Shown: positions 9,435-19,454, numbered from the stretch's first letter. The stretch: 64,000 nucleotides of DNA from an archaeon (GCA_043825775.1 JBDRRK010000012.1:129237-193236); one strand, 5' to 3'. Notes: generated by a model not told the origin, from the sequence alone. Numbers and translations are program-made.

Positions 9435-10064
9435 TTATCTTAATGTTTTTACAATTTCTTTGTTAAAGATGTATTCTGCTCCTTTTTCATTAATTCTCAG
9501 AATATCTATTCCATCTCCTGTTGCTAGGTCTCTATCTATTGCTGTTGAAATTGCTTTTATTGCTATTTCTTTTCCTTCTTCTGTTGTAAGTCCTTTCTTA
9601 TATAATGTTTCCATAACACCTAGAGCGATTATACTTCCACTTCCATCTGAAGCATAATCATCTACTTCTAATACAGAACCATCAAATGCAATTTCATATA
9701 ATTGATAGCTTTCCTTTTCATCCCAACCACCAAATAAGAATCCTACAATTCCTGGAATCATACTAGGTCTTCTAATATTAGAATATGCTAAATTCGCTAG
9801 TAAATTTGCTGATTCTCTTACTTGTGGTTCTTTACCTTTTCTTAGTTTTAAAAGCATAATTTGTGCTTTGATTATTTTTGTGAAAAGTTGAATATCACTA
9901 ACCAACCCTGCTGTAGTTAGACCCATATGCTCACTTATTGGTAAAACTTTTTTTACTCTTTTGTTTGCAATTAGGTAGCCTGCGCTAACCCTTCTATCTG
10001 CTGCCATTATTATACCGTCTTTACATACGATTCCTAGTGTAGTAGTACCTTTTTTAGCTTCCAT
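9435..10064 (-). CDS. psmB: proteasome subunit beta
   Basis: TTTLGIVCKDGIIMAADRR... Ntn-hydrolase threonine motif and length typical of the archaeal 20S beta subunit. Confidence 0.9.
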   Translation of the reverse strand: MEAKKGTTTLGIVCKDGIIMAADRRVSAGYLIANKRVKKVLPISEHMGLTTAGLVSDIQLFTKIIKAQIMLLKLRKGKEPQVRESANLLANLAYSNIRRPSMIPGIVGFLFGGWDEKESYQLYEIAFDGSVLEVDDYASDGSGSIIALGVMETLYKKGLTTEEGKEIAIKAISTAIDRDLATGDGIDILRINEKGAEYIFNKEIVKTLR

Positions 10065-10123
10065 TATAACACCCCAAATGTTTTGAGAATAAGTCTCATT
10101 TGATATATTTAAACATAAATCAC

Positions 10124-11344
10124 TTATTTATAAACTTTTCGTATGTTTAAGGATGAAACTTTTGAATTTACATATTCATCAGATGTTAGAGCCATTAGTA
10201 GATCTTCTGCGTGAGTATAGTCTCTTTGTTTCATTACATAACTAATGTCTTTTTCATATTTTACTTTTCCCCATTTGTTTTTGAAATTATCTAATCTTTC
10301 TTTATGTTTTTTACTAGGTCCATAATGTTTTATTGTAGGGGATAGTTTTAATTCTTTTACTGCAAACCAGAATAATGCATCTCCTTCCCAATTCCATCCA
10401 GATTCTACAATTTCAAAATTATTTAATCTTAATTGTTTTTCAAGGTATTGGTGACATTTTAATAGCTTTGCTCCAACAACATCTCTTTTCCCATCTAATG
10501 GTTTTATTTCTAGTAGGAATAGTTTTGCATGTTTTTTTTCTAGTTTTTCTAAATTGAATTTGTCTTTTTGAAAGAAATTTATTTTATTTTTTGATTTTAA
10601 GTATTTTTTTGCCATTTCTTTAAATAATAGAAATTTTTCTTGGCTTACTACTGATGTTACATTCCTAGTTTCTTGTACTGGGTCTATTAAAATAATTGGT
10701 GAATCTATTTTGGATTTATTTAATTCTAGAAGTATGTTCTTTTTTTTGTAATGGTTTTCTGTGTCTATAATTACTTTAGGTTTCCATTTTGTTGCTGCTT
10801 TAAGGAGTTTTTCAAAAGATCCATAATGTATTGTTAATATTTCTAAGGAGTATCCTGAAAACCCCTTTATGAATGATTCAGCTCCATAGATTTCATTAGC
10901 TTTTGCAAATGCTTTTGTTAATCTTATTTGATTTGTTTTTTTCTTATGTTTTCTTACCCATGTTATGTGTAATGGGGAGATATCAGTTATGTTGTGTGCA
11001 TCATCTGCTTTTTTTATGTCAATTATAGGTATTACTTCAATATCAAAATTATTATACTTAAACTGAAAGTAATCTCTTGAACCATGTAATAGATTTAATC
11101 CTTTAAATTTTAACTTTCTCTTTAGAATTTCAGATATGTTTAATCCAGCATATTTGTTTTCTTTGAATTTTACATAGATATCAATGTCATGATTGTCTTT
11201 TAAATGGGTTCCTTTTGCTGAACTTCCACCCATTATTACTTTTGTATAGGGTATTTTAATTTTTTTCTTTATTTCATTGAAAGTTTTTTTTAATTCTTTT
11301 TCTTCTTTTTCAGAAGGTTGTATCATTGATAAAATTCTTTTCAT
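10124..11344 (-). CDS. cca: CCA-adding tRNA nucleotidyltransferase (archaeal class I)
   Basis: GGSSAKGTHLKDNHDIDIYV nucleotidyltransferase motif and ~400-aa length. Confidence 0.75.
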   Translation of the reverse strand: MKRILSMIQPSEKEEKELKKTFNEIKKKIKIPYTKVIMGGSSAKGTHLKDNHDIDIYVKFKENKYAGLNISEILKRKLKFKGLNLLHGSRDYFQFKYNNFDIEVIPIIDIKKADDAHNITDISPLHITWVRKHKKKTNQIRLTKAFAKANEIYGAESFIKGFSGYSLEILTIHYGSFEKLLKAATKWKPKVIIDTENHYKKKNILLELNKSKIDSPIILIDPVQETRNVTSVVSQEKFLLFKEMAKKYLKSKNKINFFQKDKFNLEKLEKKHAKLFLLEIKPLDGKRDVVGAKLLKCHQYLEKQLRLNNFEIVESGWNWEGDALFWFAVKELKLSPTIKHYGPSKKHKERLDNFKNKWGKVKYEKDISYVMKQRDYTHAEDLLMALTSDEYVNSKVSSLNIRKVYK

Positions 11345-11368
11345 TGTTTATTATTAAAGAGGGTAGAA

Positions 11369-12037
11369 TTATAAAAGTTTTGCTTTTAATATCTTAAATA
11401 TACCTGAATCCTTTGTGAATAGGGTTTCTGTTTCTAGGATTTTAATTTTTTTCTTAAAAAATGGAGCATCAATAACTGTTGATTCGTATTCTCCTCCTTC
11501 ACCCATAGGAGATACTTCATATTTTCCTTTTTGTAGTTTTACTAGTTCATTTATTGTTTCTTCATTTATTTCTTTTCCTAGCCAAGATTTATCTAAAGGA
11601 TAGGCTGCTACTGCTGATATTATTATTTTGAATTCTTTTGCTATTTCTCTTACCAATTCTTCTTGGTTTCTGCCCCATAAAGGGTTTATGCATTGAATGT
11701 TTAATCTTTCACATATATTCTTTATTCTTGAAGCTTGATATTCAGAAGCTACTGCTCCTGTTGTTATTCCATTTATTTGATATTTGCCTATTGCTTCTTT
11801 AATTGCTTCTTCTAGTTCTTTTAGTTCCTCTTCTTTTTTTCCTTTTGTTGTTTTTGTAATCAAAGGAAGTTGAATTGCTTCTGCTTGTAGCTTTGTGAAC
11901 TCAATATTTGGAGTATGGTACATAAAACTTTCTTTATTTTCTGAGATAATTGTTATTAAACAAACTATATTGTTCATTTCTTTATACATTGCATAGCAAG
12001 AATCCTTGCCTCCTGTGAATAATGCGGCTAGTTTCAT
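11369..12037 (-). CDS. Dph6-like / MJ0570-family PP-loop ATPase (diphthine-ammonia ligase-like)
   Basis: N-terminal LFTGGKDSCYAM PP-loop. Confidence 0.65.
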   Translation of the reverse strand: MKLAALFTGGKDSCYAMYKEMNNIVCLITIISENKESFMYHTPNIEFTKLQAEAIQLPLITKTTKGKKEEELKELEEAIKEAIGKYQINGITTGAVASEYQASRIKNICERLNIQCINPLWGRNQEELVREIAKEFKIIISAVAAYPLDKSWLGKEINEETINELVKLQKGKYEVSPMGEGGEYESTVIDAPFFKKKIKILETETLFTKDSGIFKILKAKLL

Positions 12038-12072
12038 AGAATAAAAGAAAAAATAAGGATATTTAAGTTTAT

Positions 12073-13014
12073 CTAAATCCTTTTTAGGATCATCATTGTT
12101 GTTTTTCCAACTCTTGCATGTATGTTAAAACCTTGAAAGTTTACTTCCAATATTGGATTTGATTCATTTATTATTTTTTGGTTAGCTTCAGCTATTCTTA
12201 AAATAAGATTTTTTAGTTCTTTTTCACTGGTTCTTATGTTTGTGTGTAATTCTCCTAAGTTTCCATAATTTACAACAACAAATTTATCTCCTTCTGTAAA
12301 TATTTCATTAACCTTTTCATCACAAACTAGAATATCAATTTTACCTGCTCCAATTGCATCTCTTTTAAGATAATATTTTATTTTTGGAAGATCATCTACT
12401 GAAATTTTTAACTTTAGTTTTTCTGCTGCTTTGTAAGATATTTGTTGTATAAAATTATTGTCATCAAGAACATTTAGATTAGCACCGATTTTTTCCCCAA
12501 AATGTTTTTCAATATAATTTATTATTTCTTGGTCTATAATAGGTTCAAACTGTTTAAATAAATAATTTTCTTGTTCATCTTTTTCTATTAAAATCCCTAC
12601 TGGATATCCATACAATCTTAAAACATACTCATATTTGTTTTGTTCTTCTTCTTGAAGTGTTGGAAGTTCTGGTAATCTTACTTGAGGCCTCATTGGAATT
12701 TTAGTTTGTATTGGAACTTTAGGTTGTAATTGAGGTTTTGGAGCTAGAGCTTCAAGTTCTTTTAATTTTCTTATTTCTTCTCTTCTCCTCATTTCAAGTA
12801 TTCTTCTTTTTCTTATTGCTGTTCTTGCCTCTTCTTCTCTTCTTATTTTGTTTAATTTTTTATCTAATTCTGTTTGAAAACAAGATTTTAGAAATGTTGC
12901 AAGATGTTCTGTATGTTTATTTGGGTAAGGATCTTTCTTTGTATAAAGATCTATATTCCTTAGAATTTCATTTTCCTCTTTCTTTTGATTATCTAATAAA
13001 AAACGAACAACCAT
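12073..13014 (-). CDS. hypothetical protein with an R/E/K-rich and P/Q-rich low-complexity N-terminal region
   Basis: ORF only. Overlaps the upstream gene by 1 nt, suggesting an operon. Confidence 0.4.
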   Translation of the reverse strand: MVVRFLLDNQKKEENEILRNIDLYTKKDPYPNKHTEHLATFLKSCFQTELDKKLNKIRREEEARTAIRKRRILEMRRREEIRKLKELEALAPKPQLQPKVPIQTKIPMRPQVRLPELPTLQEEEQNKYEYVLRLYGYPVGILIEKDEQENYLFKQFEPIIDQEIINYIEKHFGEKIGANLNVLDDNNFIQQISYKAAEKLKLKISVDDLPKIKYYLKRDAIGAGKIDILVCDEKVNEIFTEGDKFVVVNYGNLGELHTNIRTSEKELKNLILRIAEANQKIINESNPILEVNFQGFNIHARVGKTTMMILKRI

Positions 13015-13015
13015 T

Positions 13016-13279
13016 TTAGTGTTCTGGAAGTGATCCAGTTTTTTTCTTTACATAGTCTTCTAAAAGTTTTAAAGCATGAGCTAAGTTTCTATTTTGTTCT
13101 AAAAGTTCATTTATTTTGTTAATCATAGGGTCTTCATATTTTCCTGATTTGATATGTTCTCCTGCGGATCTAAAGATTTCTATTAGTTCTCTTGTTGAAT
13201 CTGTTAGATTTTCAATTTTACTCTGTAGAACTTGATTACTTTGAATTAAAGCATCTATTTTTTTATCACCTGTTGCCAT
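13016..13279 (-). CDS. small coiled-coil protein
   Basis: Heptad-rich 87-aa ORF. Confidence 0.35.
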   Translation of the reverse strand: MATGDKKIDALIQSNQVLQSKIENLTDSTRELIEIFRSAGEHIKSGKYEDPMINKINELLEQNRNLAHALKLLEDYVKKKTGSLPEH

Positions 13280-13314
13280 ATAAGTTTATTAGTCAATATA
13301 ATTTATAAATGTTA

Positions 13315-13662
13315 CTATAAATCTATTGCTAGTTCTTCTAATATTTTTTTAACTTTGGCTTCTGGTTCTCCTCTTGGAATGAAACCTTCGTCTGTACAAT
13401 TAATAGCTGGAAATGAGGGTTCATCATCCCCTCCAGTACCATACCAAGAAACGGGTGCATTTGGATCACTTGTATAACTTCTAATATTAGCTCCTTCTCT
13501 ATCTAAAAATACTCTTACTCCTTTAAATTCACCAATATAAACACCATGTCTATCTTCACCTAAACTAAATAAATTTCCCCCATGTGTACCCAAATAGTAT
13601 TTTTTTCCTACTTCAAGATCTTCCCATCTCCAAGTTCCATTTTTTTGTTCTTTAACTGGCAT
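13315..13662 (-). CDS. hypothetical protein (115 aa)
   Basis: ORF directly downstream of the thermosome gene. Confidence 0.4.
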   Translation of the reverse strand: MPVKEQKNGTWRWEDLEVGKKYYLGTHGGNLFSLGEDRHGVYIGEFKGVRVFLDREGANIRSYTSDPNAPVSWYGTGGDDEPSFPAINCTDEGFIPRGEPEAKVKKILEELAIDL

Positions 13663-13663
13663 T

Positions 13664-15271
13664 TTACATCATTCCGGGCATTCCTTGAGGCATTTGGTGT
13701 TCTTTTGAACCAGAGCCTCCTGCAATTACATCATCAATTCTTAGAATTAATTCAGTTACTTCTGTTGCTGATTTTACTGCTTGTGTTTTTATTTTTAGAG
13801 GTTCAATAACTCCTCTTTCCCAAGCATCTGTTACTTTACCTGTAAACACATCTAATCCAGCCCACTTTTCACCTGCATCATGTCTTGATTTTAATTCTGT
13901 TAACATATCAATTGGATCTAGTCCTGCATTTTCTGCAAGAGTTCTAGGAACTACTTCAATTGAATCTGCAAATTTCAAAACAGCTAATTGTTCTCTTCCT
14001 GATAATGAGGTTGCAAATATTCTAATTTGACGTGCAAGTTCTATTTCAATTGAACCTGCTCCGGCAACAACCTTTCCAACTTTAACTGCAGCAGTTACAT
14101 CACCTAGAGCATCTTTTACAGCTCTTTCTACTTCATCTATAACATGTTCTGTTCCACCCCTGATGAATAGAGTAACTGCTTTTGGATTCACACATTCCTT
14201 GATGTAGGTCATCTTTTCATCTCCAACTTTCTTTTCTTCAACAATTCCAGCTGAACCAAGGTCTTCTTGAGTTAGTTCTGAGATTTTTGTTACTGTTTTT
14301 GCTCCAGTTGCCCTTGCAAGATTATCAATATCTGATTTTTTAACTCTTCTACATGCATAGATTCCATTTTTAGCTAGGTAGTATTGTGCGATGTCATCAA
14401 TTCCTTTTTGGCAAAAGACTACGTTTGCTCCAGCTTGTATTACCTTATCAACCATTCCTTTTAGAAGTCTTTCTTCTTGGTCTACAAATGCTTGTAATTG
14501 GTTTGGATCTGTTATTTGTATTTTTGCATCTGTTTCTGGACTCTTTACTTCTAGTGCTCCATCTAATAATGCTACTTTACAATTTGTTAATTTTGTTGGC
14601 ATTGAATTTGAAACTCGTTCTTTATCTAGGATTATTCCCTTGATTAATTCTGAGTCTTCTGTTCCTCCACCAATTTTCTTTTCTAGTTTGATATAATCAA
14701 GATTTATTTCATTATTTTCTGCAACTTGTTCAATTGCGTTAAGTATTAGTTCTGCAAGAACTTCTTTTGAACCTTCTGCACCCTTGCCAGTCATTGCAGT
14801 TATTGCTATTTTTTTTAATATATCTCTGTCTTGCATTGAAACATTTTCTGCAAGTTGTTTTAGAATCTCTTGAGATTTGTCTCCAGCCATTTTATAGCCT
14901 TTTGCTACCACAGTTGGATGTATATTTTGGTCTAATAGATCTTCTGCATTTTTTAGAAGTTCTCCTGCAAAGATTACTGCAGTTGTTGTTCCATCTCCAA
15001 CTTGATCTTCTTGAGTTTTTGCAATTTCTACAATCATCTTAGCTGCTGGATGTTCAATTTGCATTTCATTTAATATTGTAACTCCATCATTTGTAACTAT
15101 TACATCACCTAGTGAATCTACGATCATTTTATCCATTCCTTTTGGACCTAGAGTGGTTCTAACTGTTTCTGCTACTAATCTTCCAGCTAGAATATTATTT
15201 CTTTGTGCATCCTTGCCTAGCATTCTTTTTGTATCTTCTGGTAAAATATAAATTGGTTGTTGATTGCTCAT
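13664..15271 (-). CDS. ths: thermosome subunit (group II chaperonin)
   Basis: [19 protein letters not shown] and GDGTTT ATP-binding motifs, with a C-terminal [18 protein letters not shown] tail. Confidence 0.95.
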   Translation of the reverse strand: MSNQQPIYILPEDTKRMLGKDAQRNNILAGRLVAETVRTTLGPKGMDKMIVDSLGDVIVTNDGVTILNEMQIEHPAAKMIVEIAKTQEDQVGDGTTTAVIFAGELLKNAEDLLDQNIHPTVVAKGYKMAGDKSQEILKQLAENVSMQDRDILKKIAITAMTGKGAEGSKEVLAELILNAIEQVAENNEINLDYIKLEKKIGGGTEDSELIKGIILDKERVSNSMPTKLTNCKVALLDGALEVKSPETDAKIQITDPNQLQAFVDQEERLLKGMVDKVIQAGANVVFCQKGIDDIAQYYLAKNGIYACRRVKKSDIDNLARATGAKTVTKISELTQEDLGSAGIVEEKKVGDEKMTYIKECVNPKAVTLFIRGGTEHVIDEVERAVKDALGDVTAAVKVGKVVAGAGSIEIELARQIRIFATSLSGREQLAVLKFADSIEVVPRTLAENAGLDPIDMLTELKSRHDAGEKWAGLDVFTGKVTDAWERGVIEPLKIKTQAVKSATEVTELILRIDDVIAGGSGSKEHQMPQGMPGMM

Positions 15272-15272
15272 T

Positions 15273-15641
15273 TTATTGTTCTCCTAAAACTTCATATTCT
15301 ATTAAAATATTATCTTCTCCACTCATAATATTAGTGTATGTATCTTCAGTTAGTCTAACTGGCACTTCTATTTGTTCTGTAGCTCTTTCTAAATTGGATA
15401 GAACAAATCTTGTATTTCCTTGATATTTAAGTTCAGCAGTAGCAGGTTGACGATATCCTTCTTTAGAAAATACTAATCTTTCAATAGTTTCATTATCTAT
15501 TGCTAGGTTCCTTAATCCTACAACACCAATCAAAAATCTTAAATTTCCATCTCTATTAATAGAGGCTCTCATTCTATCAATACATAGTTTTTTCATCTTA
15601 ATCCTCTTTTTAAATAGGTATATATAAAGATTTCGTATCAA
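15273..15641 (-). CDS. hypothetical protein (alternative start at 15596)
   Basis: ORF only. An internal ATG at 15596 is preceded by a TATA-like tatttaaaaa, so the shorter form may be the real one. Confidence 0.35.
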   Translation of the reverse strand: MIRNLYIYLFKKRIKMKKLCIDRMRASINRDGNLRFLIGVVGLRNLAIDNETIERLVFSKEGYRQPATAELKYQGNTRFVLSNLERATEQIEVPVRLTEDTYTNIMSGEDNILIEYEVLGEQ

Positions 15642-15649
15642 TAGTCAAA

Positions 15650-15967
15650 TCATTCGGTATAAGAATTGCCATTCCCAAAATCATGGTGAGTATAAGGATA
15701 TCTTTGTGATTGTCTTCTATCCATTTCCTGTAAACTTCGTAATCTTTCTCTACTTCTTCTTTTCATATAACACAAAAGAACTTGAGTCTCATCACCAACA
15801 ATCTCTATTTGTCCATCAGCGATTTTAGCATGTTCACAGACTCTTTCTAACAAAGTAGGGCATTTACTACAATTATCAACAAGTTTTTCAATAAAATCTA
15901 ATTCTTTTGTATCTATAACTCGAAAAATCAAATATTTATATATAAACTTTTCTAAAAATAGAAACAT
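15650..15967 (-). CDS. hypothetical protein
   Basis: ORF only. Confidence 0.3.
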   Translation of the reverse strand: MFLFLEKFIYKYLIFRVIDTKELDFIEKLVDNCSKCPTLLERVCEHAKIADGQIEIVGDETQVLLCYMKRRSRERLRSLQEMDRRQSQRYPYTHHDFGNGNSYTE

Positions 15968-15992
15968 TTAAAAATAATCTTGGTCACCCCAA

Positions 15993-16130
15993 ATGAAAAC
16001 ATCTGGAGGATTTACAATGGAAGAAATTTTAGATGAAACATACACACTTGATGAAGATGAGGATTTTACAGAGGAAGATGATTATGATGATAATGATGAC
16101 GACTCAGACTTCGATGATGATGAAGATTAG
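15993..16130 (+). CDS. putative 45-aa highly acidic micro-protein
   Basis: MKTSGGFTMEEILDETYTLDEDEDFTEEDDYDDNDDDSDFDDDED. Below the ORF-track size cutoff, sitting in an otherwise empty 170-bp gap. Confidence 0.2.
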   Translation: MKTSGGFTMEEILDETYTLDEDEDFTEEDDYDDNDDDSDFDDDED

Positions 16131-16134
16131 TTTT

Positions 16135-16656
16135 TTATTTTAATTTTTTAATTTCAGTTCTTTCAGAGATAATTGCAGAATTTCCACTTGGATCTTCAAT
16201 TATTATTTTTAATGGCATTTCTCCCCATTTAACTTTTCTTAATTTTTTAAGAAGATTTTTAGCTTTTTTTCTTATTTCTTCTTCATCTGCATTATCTCTT
16301 TCTGATTCTATTATTCCTTGAAATTTATCTAGAAGTCCTTCAATATTTGATATGTAACCTATAGACGCTGGACCTGGACGTACATCCATTTTTAATCCTG
16401 GAATTTTTACTGCAGCTTCTGAACTCTTTACAACTCTTATTTTTAGGTCTTCTTCTTTTTCTATTGTGAATGTAATTTTTACTGGATCTTTTCTTTCTGC
16501 TGCTTCAATATCTGATTTGTTAAAATGGCATTCTGAACATTCCATTGAGAATACAAATGTTTTACCAAAATGAGGAACATCTACTTCTTCTTCTCTAAGA
16601 GTAAGTGTTTTCTTGTTACAAAATGGACAAATTTCTCCTTTTATTTCGTCAACCAT
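16135..16656 (-). CDS. ZPR1-type zinc finger protein
   Basis: CPFC...(x20)...CSEC C4 zinc finger followed by the ZPR1 beta-domain, as in archaeal ZPR1 homologs. Confidence 0.7.
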   Translation of the reverse strand: MVDEIKGEICPFCNKKTLTLREEEVDVPHFGKTFVFSMECSECHFNKSDIEAAERKDPVKITFTIEKEEDLKIRVVKSSEAAVKIPGLKMDVRPGPASIGYISNIEGLLDKFQGIIESERDNADEEEIRKKAKNLLKKLRKVKWGEMPLKIIIEDPSGNSAIISERTEIKKLK

Positions 16657-16694
16657 AGGAGAATAAAAAAGAAAGGAGTTTAAAAGTTTTACTC

Positions 16695-17090
16695 TTAAAC
16701 TATTGCACTACCTAAATTTCTATCAACAACTGCAAAACTGGGGGTTACAACAATCCAATCTTCACCAAATCCAGCTATATCTCCATCAACTGCATCGCAA
16801 GTCTTTTTTAATTTGTTTACAACTCTTTTTAGTTCTATTAAATCCTTGCTTTTTAACGGTCCAATGTTGATTAAAGCAACTGTATAACCCTCCCTTAGGG
16901 AATCTAGAATTGGCTTTACATCAGCAAAATCTGTTACTGTAAAAGGTTTAATTAGGACTTTTGATTTTTTTTGAGGAAGATTATCAGTGTCTATTTCTAA
17001 GTAATCCTCTCCATATTCGTCAGGTAAATCGTTTTCATCGTCTGACCCAGAACGAAGAATCTTGTCTTTTAGCTTTCCAAACATACTCAT
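16695..17090 (-). CDS. sepF: SepF-like cell division protein (DUF552)
   Basis: Acidic N-terminal linker, then a core resembling DUF552 (LIKPFTVTDFADVKPILDSLREGYTVALINIGPL...GDIAGFGEDWIVVTP). ftsZ lies 4 kb away. Confidence 0.6.
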   Translation of the reverse strand: MSMFGKLKDKILRSGSDDENDLPDEYGEDYLEIDTDNLPQKKSKVLIKPFTVTDFADVKPILDSLREGYTVALINIGPLKSKDLIELKRVVNKLKKTCDAVDGDIAGFGEDWIVVTPSFAVVDRNLGSAIV

Positions 17091-17150
17091 TTTTTAGCTC
17101 CTCCCATAATTTATTATAATATCTTAGTTTTCTATATAAATATTTCTATT

Positions 17151-17384
17151 TTACAAGCTTTCTAATTGGCTTACTACATTCCAGATCTGAGGCCTTACAT
17201 AAGAAGGAATATTTGGATCTTCAGCAATGTCATCTAGTTCTTGTAGTGCTTTATTTGCTTTAAAGCAGTCTTCCTTTCCTTCTTCTTTTAGGGCTTCTAC
17301 TGCATTTTGTAGTTTAGATCTAACATTCTTTGGAATTGAAGTGTCTTCAAGTATTTCACATAATTCATCAATTAGATCTTTCAT
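17151..17384 (-). CDS. UPF0147-family small protein
   Basis: 77-aa helical acidic protein resembling archaeal UPF0147. Confidence 0.5.
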   Translation of the reverse strand: MKDLIDELCEILEDTSIPKNVRSKLQNAVEALKEEGKEDCFKANKALQELDDIAEDPNIPSYVRPQIWNVVSQLESL

Positions 17385-17728
17385 TATTTTTGCTCCTTTT
17401 TTTCTATTTCAGTCATTACTTCTTTTTGTAATTTTTCTGCTTTTTCTTTAAGATTATTTTCTTGTTTTTTTAATGAACTTAATCTTAGATCAAGAACTTC
17501 TTTTCTTTCATTTAAATCCTTTTCTAAGTTTTCTTTTGTAGAATCAATCATGATTGTTCCAACAATTTTATAGACTTTATCTTTTGCATTAGACAATTCT
17601 TTTAATGCATTTTCTACTTCTAATGATTGTGATTGAAATGTTTGTTTTTGTACTAGAATGGAGTGCATGTTTTGCTCGAATAGTTGTAATTGTCTAATCT
17701 TTTCTTCTGTCTCTGGATTCATTTCCAT
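17384..17728 (-). CDS. pfdB: prefoldin subunit beta
   Basis: Coiled-coil - beta-hairpin - coiled-coil architecture (...KIVGTIMIDSTKENL...) at ~114 aa. Confidence 0.8.
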   Translation of the reverse strand: MEMNPETEEKIRQLQLFEQNMHSILVQKQTFQSQSLEVENALKELSNAKDKVYKIVGTIMIDSTKENLEKDLNERKEVLDLRLSSLKKQENNLKEKAEKLQKEVMTEIEKKEQK

Positions 17729-17730
17729 GT

Positions 17731-17868
17731 TTATACCGCCTTAACTTTAGAATGAACTGTTCTAGTTTTATATAGAATTTTACTACCACAATAAGGACAT
17801 CTTATTTTTTTTCTTACAAGATCAATTTTAATTTCTTTTCCACATCCGAAGCATTTGTATACAACCAT
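17731..17868 (-). CDS. rpoP: DNA-directed RNA polymerase subunit P (Rpo12/RpoP)
   Basis: Manual translation gives MVVYKCFGCGKEIKIDLVRKKIRCPYCGSKILYKTRTVHSKVKAV (45 aa) with the CxxC...CPYCG zinc ribbon. Directly upstream of rpl37ae, as is usual. Missed by the ORF track. Confidence 0.8.
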   Translation of the reverse strand: MVVYKCFGCGKEIKIDLVRKKIRCPYCGSKILYKTRTVHSKVKAV

Positions 17869-18084
17869 TTATTCTCCTACCTTGTAAGCTTTACCTGTAA
17901 ATTTTGAATCACACTTAGTACATTGCCAGATTCCAGGTGATAATCTTTTTGCAGTTAATCTGTTACAATAAGGACATTTATGCTTTCCTCTTTGTACTTT
18001 TTCCACAGCAACTACTTTAGCTCTTAATTTCCTTCCGTATCTAGCTCCATATCTTCCTGAAGAACCAACTTTTTTTGTTGCCAT
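17869..18084 (-). CDS. rpl37ae: 50S ribosomal protein L37Ae (L43e)
   Basis: RYGARYGRKLRAKV... CPYCN...C..C zinc-ribbon ribosomal protein. Confidence 0.9.
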   Translation of the reverse strand: MATKKVGSSGRYGARYGRKLRAKVVAVEKVQRGKHKCPYCNRLTAKRLSPGIWQCTKCDSKFTGKAYKVGE

Positions 18085-18126
18085 TTTGTAAAGTGAGATT
18101 TTAGTCTGTTTATAAATGTTTTGGTA

Positions 18127-18199
18127 TGGGGCTACCCGGATTTGAACCGAGATCTACAGGTCCCAAACCTGTGATGCTACCAAGTTACACCATAACCCC
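18127..18199 (-). tRNA. tRNA-Pro (anticodon UGG)
   Basis: The reverse complement folds as a cloverleaf. Acceptor stem GGGGTTA/TAGCCCC, anticodon stem ACAGG/CCTGT, loop TTTGGGA (U33, anticodon TGG, G37), T-arm CTCGG-TTCAAAT-CCGGG, discriminator A. CCA is not encoded. Confidence 0.8.
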
Positions 18200-18238
18200 A
18201 TAGGTTTTTAGAAATTTTGCGTGTTTATAAATTTATTG

Positions 18239-18724
18239 TTAGAGAAGGTATACTATATTTATTCTTATTTCTCTTAATCTATTTCTTATAAAATCTGCTG
18301 GATTTTGTTCTGGTAAATAATCAATATGTGAATCACCTCTAACTTTAAATTGACTTTTTTTATTTGTTATTAATTCAAAACTAACTTCTGCTAATTGTTC
18401 AAGGACTTCTTTTTCTATTCCTAATCTCTTTAATTCTGAATCATATGCAAGTTTAAATGCTTTTTTTAATAGAATTGAGTTTAATCCAACTCTTCTTAGA
18501 TTTGTAACTAATCCAAGATTTCTCTTTATATCATCAGAAGTAAAGAGAAAATTAAATTTTTTATCTCTTCTTAAACTGCTAATTAATTCAGATCTATATT
18601 GAGGACCTTGAGCTGAAATAAATTCTTTCATTGCTAGTGCAATAGAATAGCCTTGATGGTATGCATTTTGAGTTTGGTAATCTAATCCTGATTCAGCTAT
18701 ATAATCTAAGAATGTTTTTGACAT
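18239..18724 (-). CDS. hypothetical protein (161 aa)
   Basis: ORF only. Confidence 0.35.
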   Translation of the reverse strand: MSKTFLDYIAESGLDYQTQNAYHQGYSIALAMKEFISAQGPQYRSELISSLRRDKKFNFLFTSDDIKRNLGLVTNLRRVGLNSILLKKAFKLAYDSELKRLGIEKEVLEQLAEVSFELITNKKSQFKVRGDSHIDYLPEQNPADFIRNRLREIRINIVYLL

Positions 18725-18756
18725 AAAATAAGTTTTTAATTAAGAACTTAAAAAGT

Positions 18757-19422
18757 TTACTTCTTTTTAGCTGCAGGAGCTGCTACTGCTTTTCCTGCCT
18801 TTGCTTCTTTTTGAGCTTCTTTATCTTCTTTAGCTTTCTTTGCTTGTGATATTTTTTCTAATTCACCAGCAAAACTCTTTTTTACTTTTGATAACTGCTC
18901 TTCAAGGACTTTCTTTTTTGCTTCTGGGATGTTTGTTGCTTCTGCTTGTATTTCTTTGTCAAATTTTCCAGCTTTGATATCTTTAATTGCTTCTTTACCT
19001 GTTTTTCCTTCGACTAGAATACCCATTGAATTACAACTTCCACAAACTGTGTTCACTCCTGATTTTAATTCATTGATAAAAAATGCATCTTGTTTCATTT
19101 TTGCAATTTTAATTACTTGCTCTATTGCAAGGTTAGCTTGAAAATCTTTATTAGGCATACCTGCTGCAGATTTTAAGTTTAATTCTTTTTTGATTAATTG
19201 TGATGTTGGTGGTGTACCAATTTCAATTTCAAATTCTTTTGTCTCAGTGTTAACAATAACTTTAACTGGCACCTTCATTCCTTTGAAAGCTTCTGTCTTT
19301 TTGTTGATTTCAGCAACTACTTGACCTATATTTACTTTTAATGGGCCTAAGGCTGGTCCTAATGGTGGAGCTGCACTTGCTTTGCCACCTTCAACTAAAG
19401 TTTCAATGCTTTCTTTTGCCAT
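18757..19422 (-). CDS. rpl11: 50S ribosomal protein L11 with a K/A/E-rich C-terminal extension
   Basis: PPLGPALGPLKVNIGQVVAEINKKT... is the L11 core. The 221-aa length exceeds the usual ~160 because of a lysine-rich tail. Confidence 0.9.
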   Translation of the reverse strand: MAKESIETLVEGGKASAAPPLGPALGPLKVNIGQVVAEINKKTEAFKGMKVPVKVIVNTETKEFEIEIGTPPTSQLIKKELNLKSAAGMPNKDFQANLAIEQVIKIAKMKQDAFFINELKSGVNTVCGSCNSMGILVEGKTGKEAIKDIKAGKFDKEIQAEATNIPEAKKKVLEEQLSKVKKSFAGELEKISQAKKAKEDKEAQKEAKAGKAVAAPAAKKK

Positions 19423-19454
19423 TTTCGTTTTGAATTATAAGTTGTTTATAAGTT

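Noticed and set aside
12073-13014. Tried to assign the 313-aa protein to GspE/FlaI-type or other ATPases because of a ...HARVGKTTM... segment
   Set aside because: The segment lies at the extreme C-terminus and lacks the GxxGxGK[ST] context. No other ATPase motifs are present, so it is left hypothetical.
14386-15042. Three plus-strand L/F-rich ORFs inside the thermosome gene
   Set aside because: Antisense artefacts of the GAA/GCA-rich chaperonin coding strand.
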